Below, piece after piece: positions 50,279 through 58,476 of a stretch of 64,000 bases of DNA. The stretch comes from Tichowtungia sp. (GTDB taxonomy: Bacteria > Verrucomicrobiota > Kiritimatiellia > Kiritimatiellales > Tichowtungiaceae). Made by a program: the position numbers and the translations under genes. Position 1 is the first letter of the stretch; the number at the start of each line of letters is the position of its first letter. The DNA is taken from assembly GCA_041584215.1 (NCBI GenBank), contig JBFHEM010000020.1, forward strand, positions 1,568-65,567, given 5' to 3'. The notes under the pieces were generated by a model, which made no database searches, was not told where the DNA came from, and worked only from the letters and a program-made list of their open reading frames with translations.

Positions 50279-50559
50279 GTGACAAATTTTTCACCTTCGA
50301 TATCGCGGATGAAATATTTGTCACTTTGTTTTGTAAGTTGCTCTGAAGGTTGTGGTTGGAGAGTTCAAGCCTGAAATGCCGAGTTGCCGTGTAACAAATA
50401 TTTCACTTCTCCAAAGGATGGAAACGCAGCGAGGGTGTCGCAACTGAGTTTTTCGAGCATTGGAAAAACATTCTTCTCCTCCTTTATTTGCAGTGCTTTG
50501 TGCAGGTTCCTGTCGCCTGGTTTGTGACTCCTGACTTCTGTTCTGGCACACCTGTTGCA
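50279..50559 (+). promoter_or_regulatory. nifB promoter: three GTGA-N8-TCAC boxes plus sigma54 -24/-12
   Basis: Boxes at 50279, 50309, 50391; CTGGCAC-ACCTG-TTGCA at 50543. Confidence 0.82.
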
Positions 50560-50597
50560 TAGAGAGACGGCAACTGATTGAATAAAAAGGAACCCGC

Positions 50598-51854
50598 ATG
50601 AAAAAATTTGAAAACCACCCCTGCTTCAACCCCGACGCAAAAGGCAAGTTCGGCCGCGTGCATCTGCCGGTCGCGCCGAAGTGCAACGTGCAGTGCCGCT
50701 TCTGCAACCGCAAGTACGACTGCGTCAACGAGAGCCGCCCCGGGGTCACCAGTTCACTGCTTTCGCCCGGTCAGGCGCTGCACTATGTCACCCGTCTCCT
50801 CGACATGGGCAAGCCAATCTCCGTTGCAGGCATCGCCGGACCGGGCGATCCTTTTGCCAATCCCGAAGAGACGATGGAAACCATGCGCCTGCTGCGCCGC
50901 AAGCTGCCCGACCTGCTGCTGTGCATTTCATCGAACGGGCTGGGCATCGGCCCGCACATCCCCGAGCTGGCCGAGATCGGCGTCAGTCATGTCACCATCA
51001 CCGTCAGCGCGGTCGACCCGGAAATCGGTCAGCACGTCTACGCCTGGATCCGCGACGGCAAAAAAGTATATCGCGGCATCGAGGCCGCCGAGCGCATGAT
51101 CGCCAAACAGATGGCCGCGATCCGGCAGCTCAAGGAGTTCGACATTACCGTGAAGGTCAACTCCATTCTCATTCCCGGCGTCAACGACCACCACATCGTC
51201 GCAATTGCCGAAAAGTGCAAGGAGATGGGCGTCGACCTGCACAACATCATTCCGCTGTGCCCGGTTGAAGGCACCGCGTTCGAAGACCTCGAAGAGCCGT
51301 CGCCTGCACTGGTGAAAGAGCTGCGCGCGGAGTGCGGCGACCTGGTGACCCAGATGACGCACTGCCAGCGCTGCCGGGCGGATGCCTGCGGCCTGCTGTG
51401 CGAAGGCACCACCCAGGAGACCATGGACATGCTGCAGCAGGCATCCAACGCGCCGATCAATCCCGACGAGAACCGGCCCTATGTCGCGGTTGCTACCCGC
51501 GAGGGGGTGCTGGTCAACCTGCATCTCGGCGAAGCCGAGGAGTTCCAGATTTACGGCGAGGCCGACGGCGAATTTGTGCTGATCGACACCCGCAAGTCCC
51601 CCCCGGCCGGCTGCGGCGAAGTCCGCTGGAGCACCATGGCCCGCTGGCTCAGCGACTGCCGCGCCATCCTCGTCTCCAGCGCCGGGCCGAAGCCGACGGA
51701 CGCGCTCTCCAAAGAGGGAGTCAAGGTGATCGTCATGGAGGGACTGATCGACGAGGCGCTCTCCGCGATTTATGCGGGACAGGAAATCAAAGCGCCCGTG
51801 CGCGAATTCAAATGCGGCGTCGGCTGCACCGGCGACGGCGGAGGCTGCGGCTGA
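50598..51854 (+). CDS. nifB: Nitrogenase cofactor radical SAM protein NifB with C-terminal NifX-like domain
   Basis: HPCF, HLPVAP.CN.QC.FC.RKYDC.NESRPG, AGPGDP, HC.RCRADA.G, VN.HLG.A. Confidence 0.96.
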   Translation: MKKFENHPCFNPDAKGKFGRVHLPVAPKCNVQCRFCNRKYDCVNESRPGVTSSLLSPGQALHYVTRLLDMGKPISVAGIAGPGDPFANPEETMETMRLLRRKLPDLLLCISSNGLGIGPHIPELAEIGVSHVTITVSAVDPEIGQHVYAWIRDGKKVYRGIEAAERMIAKQMAAIRQLKEFDITVKVNSILIPGVNDHHIVAIAEKCKEMGVDLHNIIPLCPVEGTAFEDLEEPSPALVKELRAECGDLVTQMTHCQRCRADACGLLCEGTTQETMDMLQQASNAPINPDENRPYVAVATREGVLVNLHLGEAEEFQIYGEADGEFVLIDTRKSPPAGCGEVRWSTMARWLSDCRAILVSSAGPKPTDALSKEGVKVIVMEGLIDEALSAIYAGQEIKAPVREFKCGVGCTGDGGGCG

Positions 51855-51859
51855 TTTTT

Positions 51860-51970
51860 CATAATCAACCTCCTGATCATAATCTTATATCGGATTGAGC
51901 AGGAGGAAGTGAGAGTGAGATTAAGAGTAAGATTAAGTTTAGATTATGAGCAAGAGTAAAGTAAGAATAT
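51860..51970. repeat. Hexamer-based inverted array (GATTAA/GAGTAA); second copy at 52308-52422
   Basis: ATAATC/CTGATC units followed by GAGTGA-GATTAA-GAGTAA-GATTAA; the two arrays flank the ferredoxin gene. Confidence 0.75.
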
Positions 51971-51983
51971 AAGGAGATCCATC

Positions 51984-52292
51984 ATGCCTATTGCAAAACC
52001 AGAAATGCACTTTTTCATCTGCAACTCCTACCGGGTGGCCGGGGAGGCCAAGGGAGTCTGCAACACCAAAGGGGCCGGCGACCTGCTCGCACATCTCGAA
52101 GGCGAAATCCTCGATCGCGGCCTCGACGCGCAGGTCTCCGGATGCGGCTGCCTGAAAGTCTGCACCCAGGGCCCGGTCATGGTGATGTATCCGGCCGGTA
52201 AATGGTTCGGCGAAGTCGATGAAGAAAAGCTCGAAGCCATCCTCGATGCCATCGAAGACGGGGAGGATACATCCGAATTTGAGATCGAATAA
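51984..52292 (+). CDS. Thioredoxin-like [2Fe-2S] ferredoxin (nif-associated)
   Basis: C-x12-C ... GCLKVC.QGP...YP...W; AAGGAG RBS. Confidence 0.88.
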   Translation: MPIAKPEMHFFICNSYRVAGEAKGVCNTKGAGDLLAHLEGEILDRGLDAQVSGCGCLKVCTQGPVMVMYPAGKWFGEVDEEKLEAILDAIEDGEDTSEFEIE

Positions 52293-52421
52293 CTGTCGCC
52301 TTAACGCGATCTCTTAATCGTAATCTTACTCATACTCTTAATCTCTGCGTCAGCTGGAAGATTCTGATCGGGAGTGAGATTAAGATTAGGAGTGGGAGTA
52401 AGATTAGGAGTGGGAGTAAGA

Positions 52422-53588
52422 GTGAAGCGAATCCAAATAGTTGATACCACGCTTCGGGACGGCGAACAGGCGCCCGGCGTGGTGTTTACGCCGCTGCAGC
52501 GCTTGTCCATCGCGCGGCAGCTGGCCGCCTGCGGCGTGCCGGAAATTGAAAGCGGCATCCCGGCCATGGGGGCGGCCGAGCAGGCCGCGCTGCGCGAGCT
52601 CAACCTCGCCGGGCTGCCCGTCCGGCTGACCGCCTGGTGTCGCGCGACGAAAGAAGATCTGGAGGCCGCGCGCGCCTGCGGCTACCGCTCCGTCCACATT
52701 TCGCTGCCCGTGTCCCCCATCCTGCTCAACGCCATGGGCCGCGACGAGGAGTGGGTTTTCCAAACCCTGGAAACCCTGTTGCATAGGGACGCACAGAATT
52801 TTCCAATGTCTGGAAAAAAATCTGTGCCGTCATGTAATGACTTTGTTTCGGTCGGGGCGCAGGACGCGTCGCGCACCAATACCTCGATGCTGATCCGCTT
52901 TGCGCAGCTCGCGCAGCGGCTCGGTGCCAACCGCGTACGGCTGGCCGATTCGGTCGGCTGCTGGAATCCGGAAACGGTCGGAAAAGTGATCCGGCAGGTG
53001 CGCCGCGCCGCGCCGGAGATCCGGCTGGGCGTTCACATGCATAATGATCTGGGCATGGCCACCGCCAACAGCATCGTCGCCGTGCAGAACGGCGCGACCG
53101 ATGTGGATGTGACCGTCAACGGCCTCGGCGAACGCGCAGGCAACGCGCCGCTCGAGCAGGTGGTGATGGCGCTGCGTACACTGCCGGAGTTTGACCACGG
53201 CATCCGAACTGAAAAGCTCTACGACCTCTGCCGCGAAACCGCGCGCTGCGCCGGACGCGGGATTCCCCGTACCCAGCCCATCACTGGCGAGGATGTATTC
53301 CGCCACGAGTCCGGCATTCATGTGAAAGCGCTGCTGAAAGACCGCCGCAGCTATGAGCCGTTCGGCGCCGCGGCCGTCGGCCGTCCGGCCGGGCTCAATA
53401 TCCAGGCGGGCAAGCACTCCGGCTCCGCCGCGATCCTCCATCTGTTTAAGGAGCAGGGGATTGAGCTGGAGCGGAGCGAGGCGGAGGCGCTGCTTTCCCG
53501 TGTCCGCGCGCGCTCGGAAAAGCTCGGACGCGGCCTCGACCGCGTCGAGCTGCTGGCGGTTTTCGATGAGGAGAATTCAAATGGATAA
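52422..53588 (+). CDS. nifV: Homocitrate synthase
   Basis: DTTLRDGEQAPGV, DASR, H.HNDLGMATAN, NGLGERAGNA.LE, HESGIHV, GKHSG; nif context; GTG start assumed. Confidence 0.9.
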   Translation: MKRIQIVDTTLRDGEQAPGVVFTPLQRLSIARQLAACGVPEIESGIPAMGAAEQAALRELNLAGLPVRLTAWCRATKEDLEAARACGYRSVHISLPVSPILLNAMGRDEEWVFQTLETLLHRDAQNFPMSGKKSVPSCNDFVSVGAQDASRTNTSMLIRFAQLAQRLGANRVRLADSVGCWNPETVGKVIRQVRRAAPEIRLGVHMHNDLGMATANSIVAVQNGATDVDVTVNGLGERAGNAPLEQVVMALRTLPEFDHGIRTEKLYDLCRETARCAGRGIPRTQPITGEDVFRHESGIHVKALLKDRRSYEPFGAAAVGRPAGLNIQAGKHSGSAAILHLFKEQGIELERSEAEALLSRVRARSEKLGRGLDRVELLAVFDEENSNG

Positions 53589-53742
53589 TATCGGGCCGCA
53601 GGACTATTGCCAGACGTGCGGCGGCCGCTGGGTCGCGAGCGTGAAGGATTATGTCAAGCAGCTCCAATACGGCGAAGTGAACATTACGGTTCACGACGGC
53701 AAGGTGGTGCAGGTTGAAAAAACAGAAAAGCTGAGGTTTTAA
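53581..53742 (+). CDS. YezD/DUF2292-like small protein (53 aa)
   Basis: LQYGEVNITVHDGKVVQVEKTEKLRF; GAGGAG RBS; N-terminal CxxC. Confidence 0.8.
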   Translation: MDNIGPQDYCQTCGGRWVASVKDYVKQLQYGEVNITVHDGKVVQVEKTEKLRF

Positions 53743-53743
53743 A

Positions 53744-54136
53744 ATGGAAGAAAACAAATGGCAGGAGTTTATGGCAGAGGGCGACGCCTATCTGAAGACC
53801 GCGACCGGCGGAGCGAAACGCCCTGAGGTCTTCTCGCCGGAAATTCTCTATAACGTGCTGGCGATGGCGATCGAGAAGCACGTGATGGCCGCGCTGGTTT
53901 TCAAGGGCACGCTGGCCGATAACCACACCTTTTCCGATTTGATTAATTCGTGCAAAGAGGTCTGTCCGCTCAGCGATTCGGTCGCCATGAGGCTTTTGGA
54001 CCTGGAGGTCTACCAGAATATCTGCCCGGTGTTTGACGGCTACAACCGCGACCCGTTTCCCGTCGAAAAAGTGCAGGGGATGATTGAGGTGGCGGCCTCC
54101 ATCCAAAGCTGGTCCAGAAACTTAATTGCCGCGTAG
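53744..54136 (+). CDS. Hypothetical helical (HEPN-like) protein
   Basis: Operonic; YN.LAMAIEK..MA.L...G....NH pattern resembles HEPN. Confidence 0.65.
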   Translation: MEENKWQEFMAEGDAYLKTATGGAKRPEVFSPEILYNVLAMAIEKHVMAALVFKGTLADNHTFSDLINSCKEVCPLSDSVAMRLLDLEVYQNICPVFDGYNRDPFPVEKVQGMIEVAASIQSWSRNLIAA

Positions 54137-54157
54137 CCGGCTGTTCGGAGAAAATTT

Positions 54158-54460
54158 ATGAATGAAAAACCGTTAGGGAAAATCACCGCGCTGCTCGCGG
54201 ATCTGGGACTCGAAGTGACGTATGCCTACGACGATCTCGTCTTTGTGCAGGACTGCGCCTTTTTGATTCAGTTCACGGCGGATCCGCAATTGCTGAAACT
54301 GTTCATCAACACCGAGTGCGATCCGGAGCAGGCCAATGAGGTCGTCGAAAAAATTACGCGGACCTTCGCCGAGGGCGGCTTCAGCGTGACGCCGGCCGGG
54401 CGCTACTTCCTGACGCCCAACGAAAATGAGACGGTCGACATTTCATTTCAGGAATCATGA
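54158..54460 (+). CDS. Hypothetical protein
   Basis: GGAG RBS, operonic, acidic 100-aa ORF. Confidence 0.7.
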   Translation: MNEKPLGKITALLADLGLEVTYAYDDLVFVQDCAFLIQFTADPQLLKLFINTECDPEQANEVVEKITRTFAEGGFSVTPAGRYFLTPNENETVDISFQES

Positions 54461-54658
54461 TGCCGGAGGCGCTTCGACCGCTTTCAGCCGCGATGGGGCC
54501 ACAGAAAACACAAATCGCCATATTTGTGGGTCAAAAGTGAGAAAATAACGAAAATGTTGAAAACAGGCGCTGCGCGGCTGGCACATCCCCGGGCGGGTGT
54601 GTTTATATTTGCCTGATGGACAGCAGTTTATAAATCAGATATCAGGCAGTTTTCCTTT

Positions 54659-54675
54659 TTGGCATGCGCGATGCG
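54659..54675 (+). promoter_or_regulatory. Sigma54 -24/-12 promoter
   Basis: TTGGCAT-GCGCG-ATGCG (GG-N10-GC), about 30 bp before a small ORF. Confidence 0.65.
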
Positions 54676-54706
54676 TATACAGTTTGAGTAACCCAAGGAG
54701 GACCCA

Positions 54707-54838
54707 ATGGTATACATCGTGAAAAGTGCTGTTGAAGAATTCACTGCCCGTGAAGCTGATCGTCTGGTGGCCTCGTTGAAGTCGGCGCGCCGCGAACTGC
54801 GTTCTGAGCGGCGCAAGGTTTGCCGGCCTCACTTATAA
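54707..54838 (+). CDS. 43-aa basic helical small protein A (absent from the ORF track)
   Basis: AAGGAGG RBS; MVYIVKSAVEEFTAREADRLVASLKSARRELRSERRKVCRPHL; paralog of 55483-55614; hairpin at 54861-54888 follows. Confidence 0.8.
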   Translation: MVYIVKSAVEEFTAREADRLVASLKSARRELRSERRKVCRPHL

Positions 54839-55102
54839 GCACAGACCTGCGCCTGAACCGGCGGAGCGCCTTGCAGAAGGCGCTCCGCTGTCATGGCCTG
54901 GAACACGCTCACAAACGATCTGTCCGGCGTTGATGGACTCCTCAGCGTCCCGGATGCCTCCGGGGCGCCGGATCGCCTCTGTCGACTGAAGGCACAAAGA
55001 AAGAATCCTCCTTCCCCTTCCATTCTTCCTGTCTCGAACCGGCCTGCGGCTCTATTTCATGCGAAAATTATTTACGCGACGCATCAGGCGGTCAAAGGCA
55101 TG

Positions 55103-55136
55103 TAGTTCAGTCTTCAGGCTGCTCGGGGCAGGGGAG
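55103..55136. repeat. GTAG-type REP-like inverted pair, left arm (right arm 55137-55156)
   Basis: GTAGTTCAGTCTTCAGGCTGCTC ... GAGCACGCTGAAGCGTGAACTAC. Confidence 0.55.
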
Positions 55137-55309
55137 CACGCTGAAGCGTGAACTACGAACCTGGATCAACAACGAGCCTTGGTACGCCGTAACCCTTGAC
55201 GAAGCTGCACGCCCAAATTCCCAGGGCCTTTACCCCGTTGGACCCGTCCTGGCGATCCGGCTGTCCCAATAAATATCATAGTCCAAAATTGTATTAATGC
55301 GCTACTGAA

Positions 55310-55454
55310 GTGAAATAAATGTCACTTTTTTGATTTGAGGTTCCGCATGGATCACCTGGCGGGTGAAAATTTATTAAATGTTTATCATAACGCTTTTAGG
55401 TATGTTTTTGACGCCTTTTTTTCGACTTCTGCCCGGTTTGGCACGCCCGATGCA
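55310..55454 (+). promoter_or_regulatory. GTGA-N8-TCAC box plus sigma54 promoter upstream of small protein B and the mod genes
   Basis: GTGAAATAAATGTCAC at 55310; TTGGCAC-GCCCG-ATGCA at 55438. Confidence 0.72.
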
Positions 55455-55482
55455 TATAGGCTGGCATCGAAAGGAGATCAGT

Positions 55483-55614
55483 ATGAAATACGTAGTTAAA
55501 AATTCGACGGCAAACGGTGGTTATCGCGAGGCAGCACGTGCGCTTGCTGAACTCAGAGCGGCCCGCCGCGAACTGAATGCCGAGCGGCGCAAGATGAAAA
55601 CGTGCGCAGCGTAG
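55483..55614 (+). CDS. 43-aa basic helical small protein B
   Basis: AAGGAG RBS; MKYVVKNSTANGGYREAARALAELRAARRELNAERRKMKTCAA; 19/43 identical to protein A without gaps. Confidence 0.8.
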   Translation: MKYVVKNSTANGGYREAARALAELRAARRELNAERRKMKTCAA

Positions 55615-55733
55615 AACGGCCCGGGGCTTCCTGCCCCGCCCAGATTTAATTCCGACCGAATCATCGGAGGACATGGAAATGAAAAGATGGATGACTCCAG
55701 CTGTCCACAGCAGAGTTCCTGTTGGAGAAAGCT

Positions 55734-56402
55734 ATGAAGTGGAACACAGTTTCCAATGTCTGGATGAAGGGATGCGTCGCGGGGCTGATGATTGCCGGCG
55801 CTGCATCCGCAGGGGCGGATGAGAATGACCAGGCCTGGCTGACCGGTGGCGTGAAATACACCCTGACCGATCAGCTGTCGCTGAAGGCGGCGGAGCAGGC
55901 CCGGTTCAGGGATGAGAGCCAATATTACCGGCACACCGATCTGGGCGTCGGATACAAGATGAGCCGCAGCTGGTCGGCGGCCGGAACCTTCCGGCTCCTT
56001 GACAAAAAGAGCAGCTCCGGAGACTGGAAGCGCAGCAACGGGTATCTGCTGGATGTGATTCACACAGCCGGCGTCCTGGGCGCGGAGCTCAAATCCCGCA
56101 TGCGGCTTGCGGTTTTTGATCCGCAGTACGATGCAGACTCCACCTCGGACCTGCGCCCGCGCTTCGACCTCAGCCCGGCCAAAGCCTTAACCGGCTGGAA
56201 GCTCAAGCCCTACGTCGCCGATGAACTCATGGTCAGTCTCGACGAACGCGAGCTGTACCGCAACCGGCTGATTGCCGGACTGAAATGCAGACCGTGCAGC
56301 CATCTCGCGCTGGACCTGTTCGTCATGAATGAGCAGACCGAAAAAAACGAAAAGTGGTCTGAAAACTGGAATACCGGCCTGGCCGCAACCCTCAGCTTCT
56401 GA
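55734..56402 (+). CDS. Outer-membrane beta-barrel (DUF2490-like)
   Basis: Signal peptide, amphipathic strands, PYVADE..RNR..G motif, C-terminal Phe. Confidence 0.75.
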   Translation: MKWNTVSNVWMKGCVAGLMIAGAASAGADENDQAWLTGGVKYTLTDQLSLKAAEQARFRDESQYYRHTDLGVGYKMSRSWSAAGTFRLLDKKSSSGDWKRSNGYLLDVIHTAGVLGAELKSRMRLAVFDPQYDADSTSDLRPRFDLSPAKALTGWKLKPYVADELMVSLDERELYRNRLIAGLKCRPCSHLALDLFVMNEQTEKNEKWSENWNTGLAATLSF

Positions 56403-56415
56403 ATGGGATAAAACG

Positions 56416-57336
56416 ATGAAAAATGATCTGAAGTCTGTTCAGAATAAACGCCGCGGTTGCCCGGAAGCAGGCATTCCGCCTGCAAGCTGTACCGCAGGCG
56501 TCCCGCCTGCAAGCCGTACCGCAGGCGTCCCGCCTGCCCGTTGGATCCGCAATGCCCTCATCATCCCGCTCCTGGCCGGTCTGGCCCTTTGCGGCCGGGC
56601 AGAACTGACGGTCTTCGCGGCCGCCAGCACCACCGACGTGATGAACGAGCTGGCCGAAAAATTCACCGCCGCCGGCGGCGAGAAAGTCCGCTTCAACTTC
56701 GCCTCGTCCGGCGCGCTGGCGCGTCAGATCGACGCCGGCGCGCCCGCCGACCTGTTTGTGTCGGCCAACGTCAAATGGATGGACGCGGTCGGCAGGGATA
56801 TCGATCCAACCACACGGATTGATCTGTTTCGCAACCGCCTGGTGCTGATTGTGCCGTGCGGGCAGTTGCCGCCCGACTATCAGATGCCGAATGACGGGCA
56901 GGGAATTGCAGACGGAAATGCACTTCGATGTTCGGATTTCCTCATTAAATATTCTGCGGTTCCCGGCTGTCGGCTGGCTGTCGGCGATGTCCGGAGCGTG
57001 CCGGCCGGGATGTATGCGAAGCAAGCGCTGGAACACGCCGGACTGTATGAACAACTGCGCCCGAAAATGGTGATGGGGTCGAATGTGCGCACGGTGCTGC
57101 TCTATGTCGAACGGGGGGAAACCGATGCGGGCATCGTCTACCTCACCGATGCCATGCAGTCGAAACAGGTCCAGGTGCTCGGCGCGTTCCCCGCCGCGTC
57201 ACATCCGCCGATTGTCTATCCGGCCGCCTGCCTCCGGGGCGCCGGCGAATCCGCCCGGGCCTTCCTGGACTATATAAACAGTCCGGCGGGCGGCGCGGTG
57301 TGGGAAAAATACGGATTTGAAAGGATTACGCCATGA
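56416..57336 (+). CDS. modA: Molybdate ABC transporter substrate-binding protein
   Basis: VFAAAS, FASSGALARQI..GAPADLF.SAN, VPAG.YA, DAG.VY.TDA, I.YP; two repeat-derived inserts. Confidence 0.92.
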   Translation: MKNDLKSVQNKRRGCPEAGIPPASCTAGVPPASRTAGVPPARWIRNALIIPLLAGLALCGRAELTVFAAASTTDVMNELAEKFTAAGGEKVRFNFASSGALARQIDAGAPADLFVSANVKWMDAVGRDIDPTTRIDLFRNRLVLIVPCGQLPPDYQMPNDGQGIADGNALRCSDFLIKYSAVPGCRLAVGDVRSVPAGMYAKQALEHAGLYEQLRPKMVMGSNVRTVLLYVERGETDAGIVYLTDAMQSKQVQVLGAFPAASHPPIVYPAACLRGAGESARAFLDYINSPAGGAVWEKYGFERITP

Positions 57337-58022
57337 TGAGCCCGACCGAATGGAGTGCGATCTGGCTGTCGCTCAAAGTGGCCCTCTGGGTGGCTCTGAT
57401 GACGACCGCTCCGGCCGTGCTGCTCGGCTGGCTGCTGGCGCGCCGCGAGTTTCGCGGCAAGCTGGCGGTGGAGAGCCTGGTGCACGCGCCGCTGGTGATT
57501 CCGCCGGTGGTGATCGGCTACCTGCTGCTGCTGGCCTTCGGACGCAACGGGCCGGCCGGCCGCTGGCTCGATGCGGTGTTCAACATCCGGTTGGTCTTCA
57601 CCTGGCAGGGCGCGGTGCTGGCGGCGGCCGTGGTCGCGCTGCCGCTGGCGGTGCGCTCCGTGCGGCTGGCGGTGTCGCTGGTCGACCGCCGCTACGAAGA
57701 GGCCGCCGCGGTGCTGGGCTGGTCGCCGCTGCGCATCTTTTTTAAAATCACCCTGCCGCTGGCCTGGCCCGGCATCCTCGCCGGCATCCTGCTGGCCTTT
57801 TCGCGCAGCCTCGGCGAGTTCGGTGCCACCATCACCTTTGCCGGCAACATCGAAGGCGTCACGCAGACCCTGCCGCTGGCGATCTACTCCGCCATGCAGA
57901 TTCCCGGCGAGGAAACCGCCGCCCTGCGGCTGGTCGTCTGCTCGCTCGTGCTGTGCTTTGCCAGCCTGCTCGTCTCCGAGCTGCTCACCCGCCGCGCCAA
58001 ACGGAGGCTGGGCCATGCGTAA
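57333..58022 (+). CDS. modB: Molybdate ABC transporter permease
   Basis: LSLKVA, PLV.PPVV.GY.LL, EEAA..LG, RSLGEFGATI.FAGNI.G.T.TLPLAIY. Confidence 0.95.
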   Translation: MMSPTEWSAIWLSLKVALWVALMTTAPAVLLGWLLARREFRGKLAVESLVHAPLVIPPVVIGYLLLLAFGRNGPAGRWLDAVFNIRLVFTWQGAVLAAAVVALPLAVRSVRLAVSLVDRRYEEAAAVLGWSPLRIFFKITLPLAWPGILAGILLAFSRSLGEFGATITFAGNIEGVTQTLPLAIYSAMQIPGEETAALRLVVCSLVLCFASLLVSELLTRRAKRRLGHA

Positions 58023-58149
58023 TTGGCTTCCGAACTCCACACCTGGGCTGGCGGGATCGGGCGATAACGCCCGCGAAGTGCGATACGTACCGCAGGCGTC
58101 CCGCCTGCCTCTTGCCGGTGCTGTGTTTTGTCTGGCGGCCTTGCCGCTG

Positions 58150-58267
58150 TTCGGCCGCCTTCAGCCGCTTCGTCGACACCGGCAAGCCGCTGCTCGTGTT
58201 CGGAACGATCGGCGCGGCGATGAGCCGGGTGCTCGGGCTGGAACGCTACTGCAAAAAAGCGCTGTAA
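58150..58267 (+). pseudogene. 3' remnant of a DUF364-like gene
   Basis: GKPLLVFGTIGAAMSRVLGLERYC resembles, from memory, the C-terminus of DUF364-like proteins found in mod/wtp operons; no credible start; REP upstream. Confidence 0.4.
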
Positions 58268-58280
58268 TCCGCGGTGCGGG

Positions 58281-58439
58281 AAGTTCGAAATCCGAAACAC
58301 CCAGGCACGAAAGAAATCACAATGTTTAAAAAGTATAAATTCCAAACCATTCGCCAGCACCCACGGTGTGCGGTTTGGAGCTTTGAATTTTTGAATTTCG
58401 AATTTGTTTCGGGTTTGGGTGCTTCGAAATTAGGATACT
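58281..58439. repeat. AT-rich long imperfect inverted repeat (MITE-like)
   Basis: TTCGAAATCCGAAACACC...AATTCCAAACC / GGTTTGGAG...GGTGCTTCGAAATTAGGATAC. Confidence 0.7.
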
Positions 58440-58476
58440 CTGCTTTGCGAACCATTCTGGAGAGAAAGGCAGGCTG

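Noticed and set aside
52374-52421. RLRLGVGVRLGVGV N-terminus of NifV
   Set aside because: It is the translation of a hexamer repeat; homology begins at GTG 52422.
54578-54595. Extra sigma54 promoter CTGGCAC-ATCCC-CGGGC
   Set aside because: No GC at the required GG-N10-GC position.
55615-55733. Molybdenum-cofactor riboswitch before the mod genes
   Set aside because: The location is plausible but I could not match the conserved Moco RNA elements by eye; an Rfam scan is needed.
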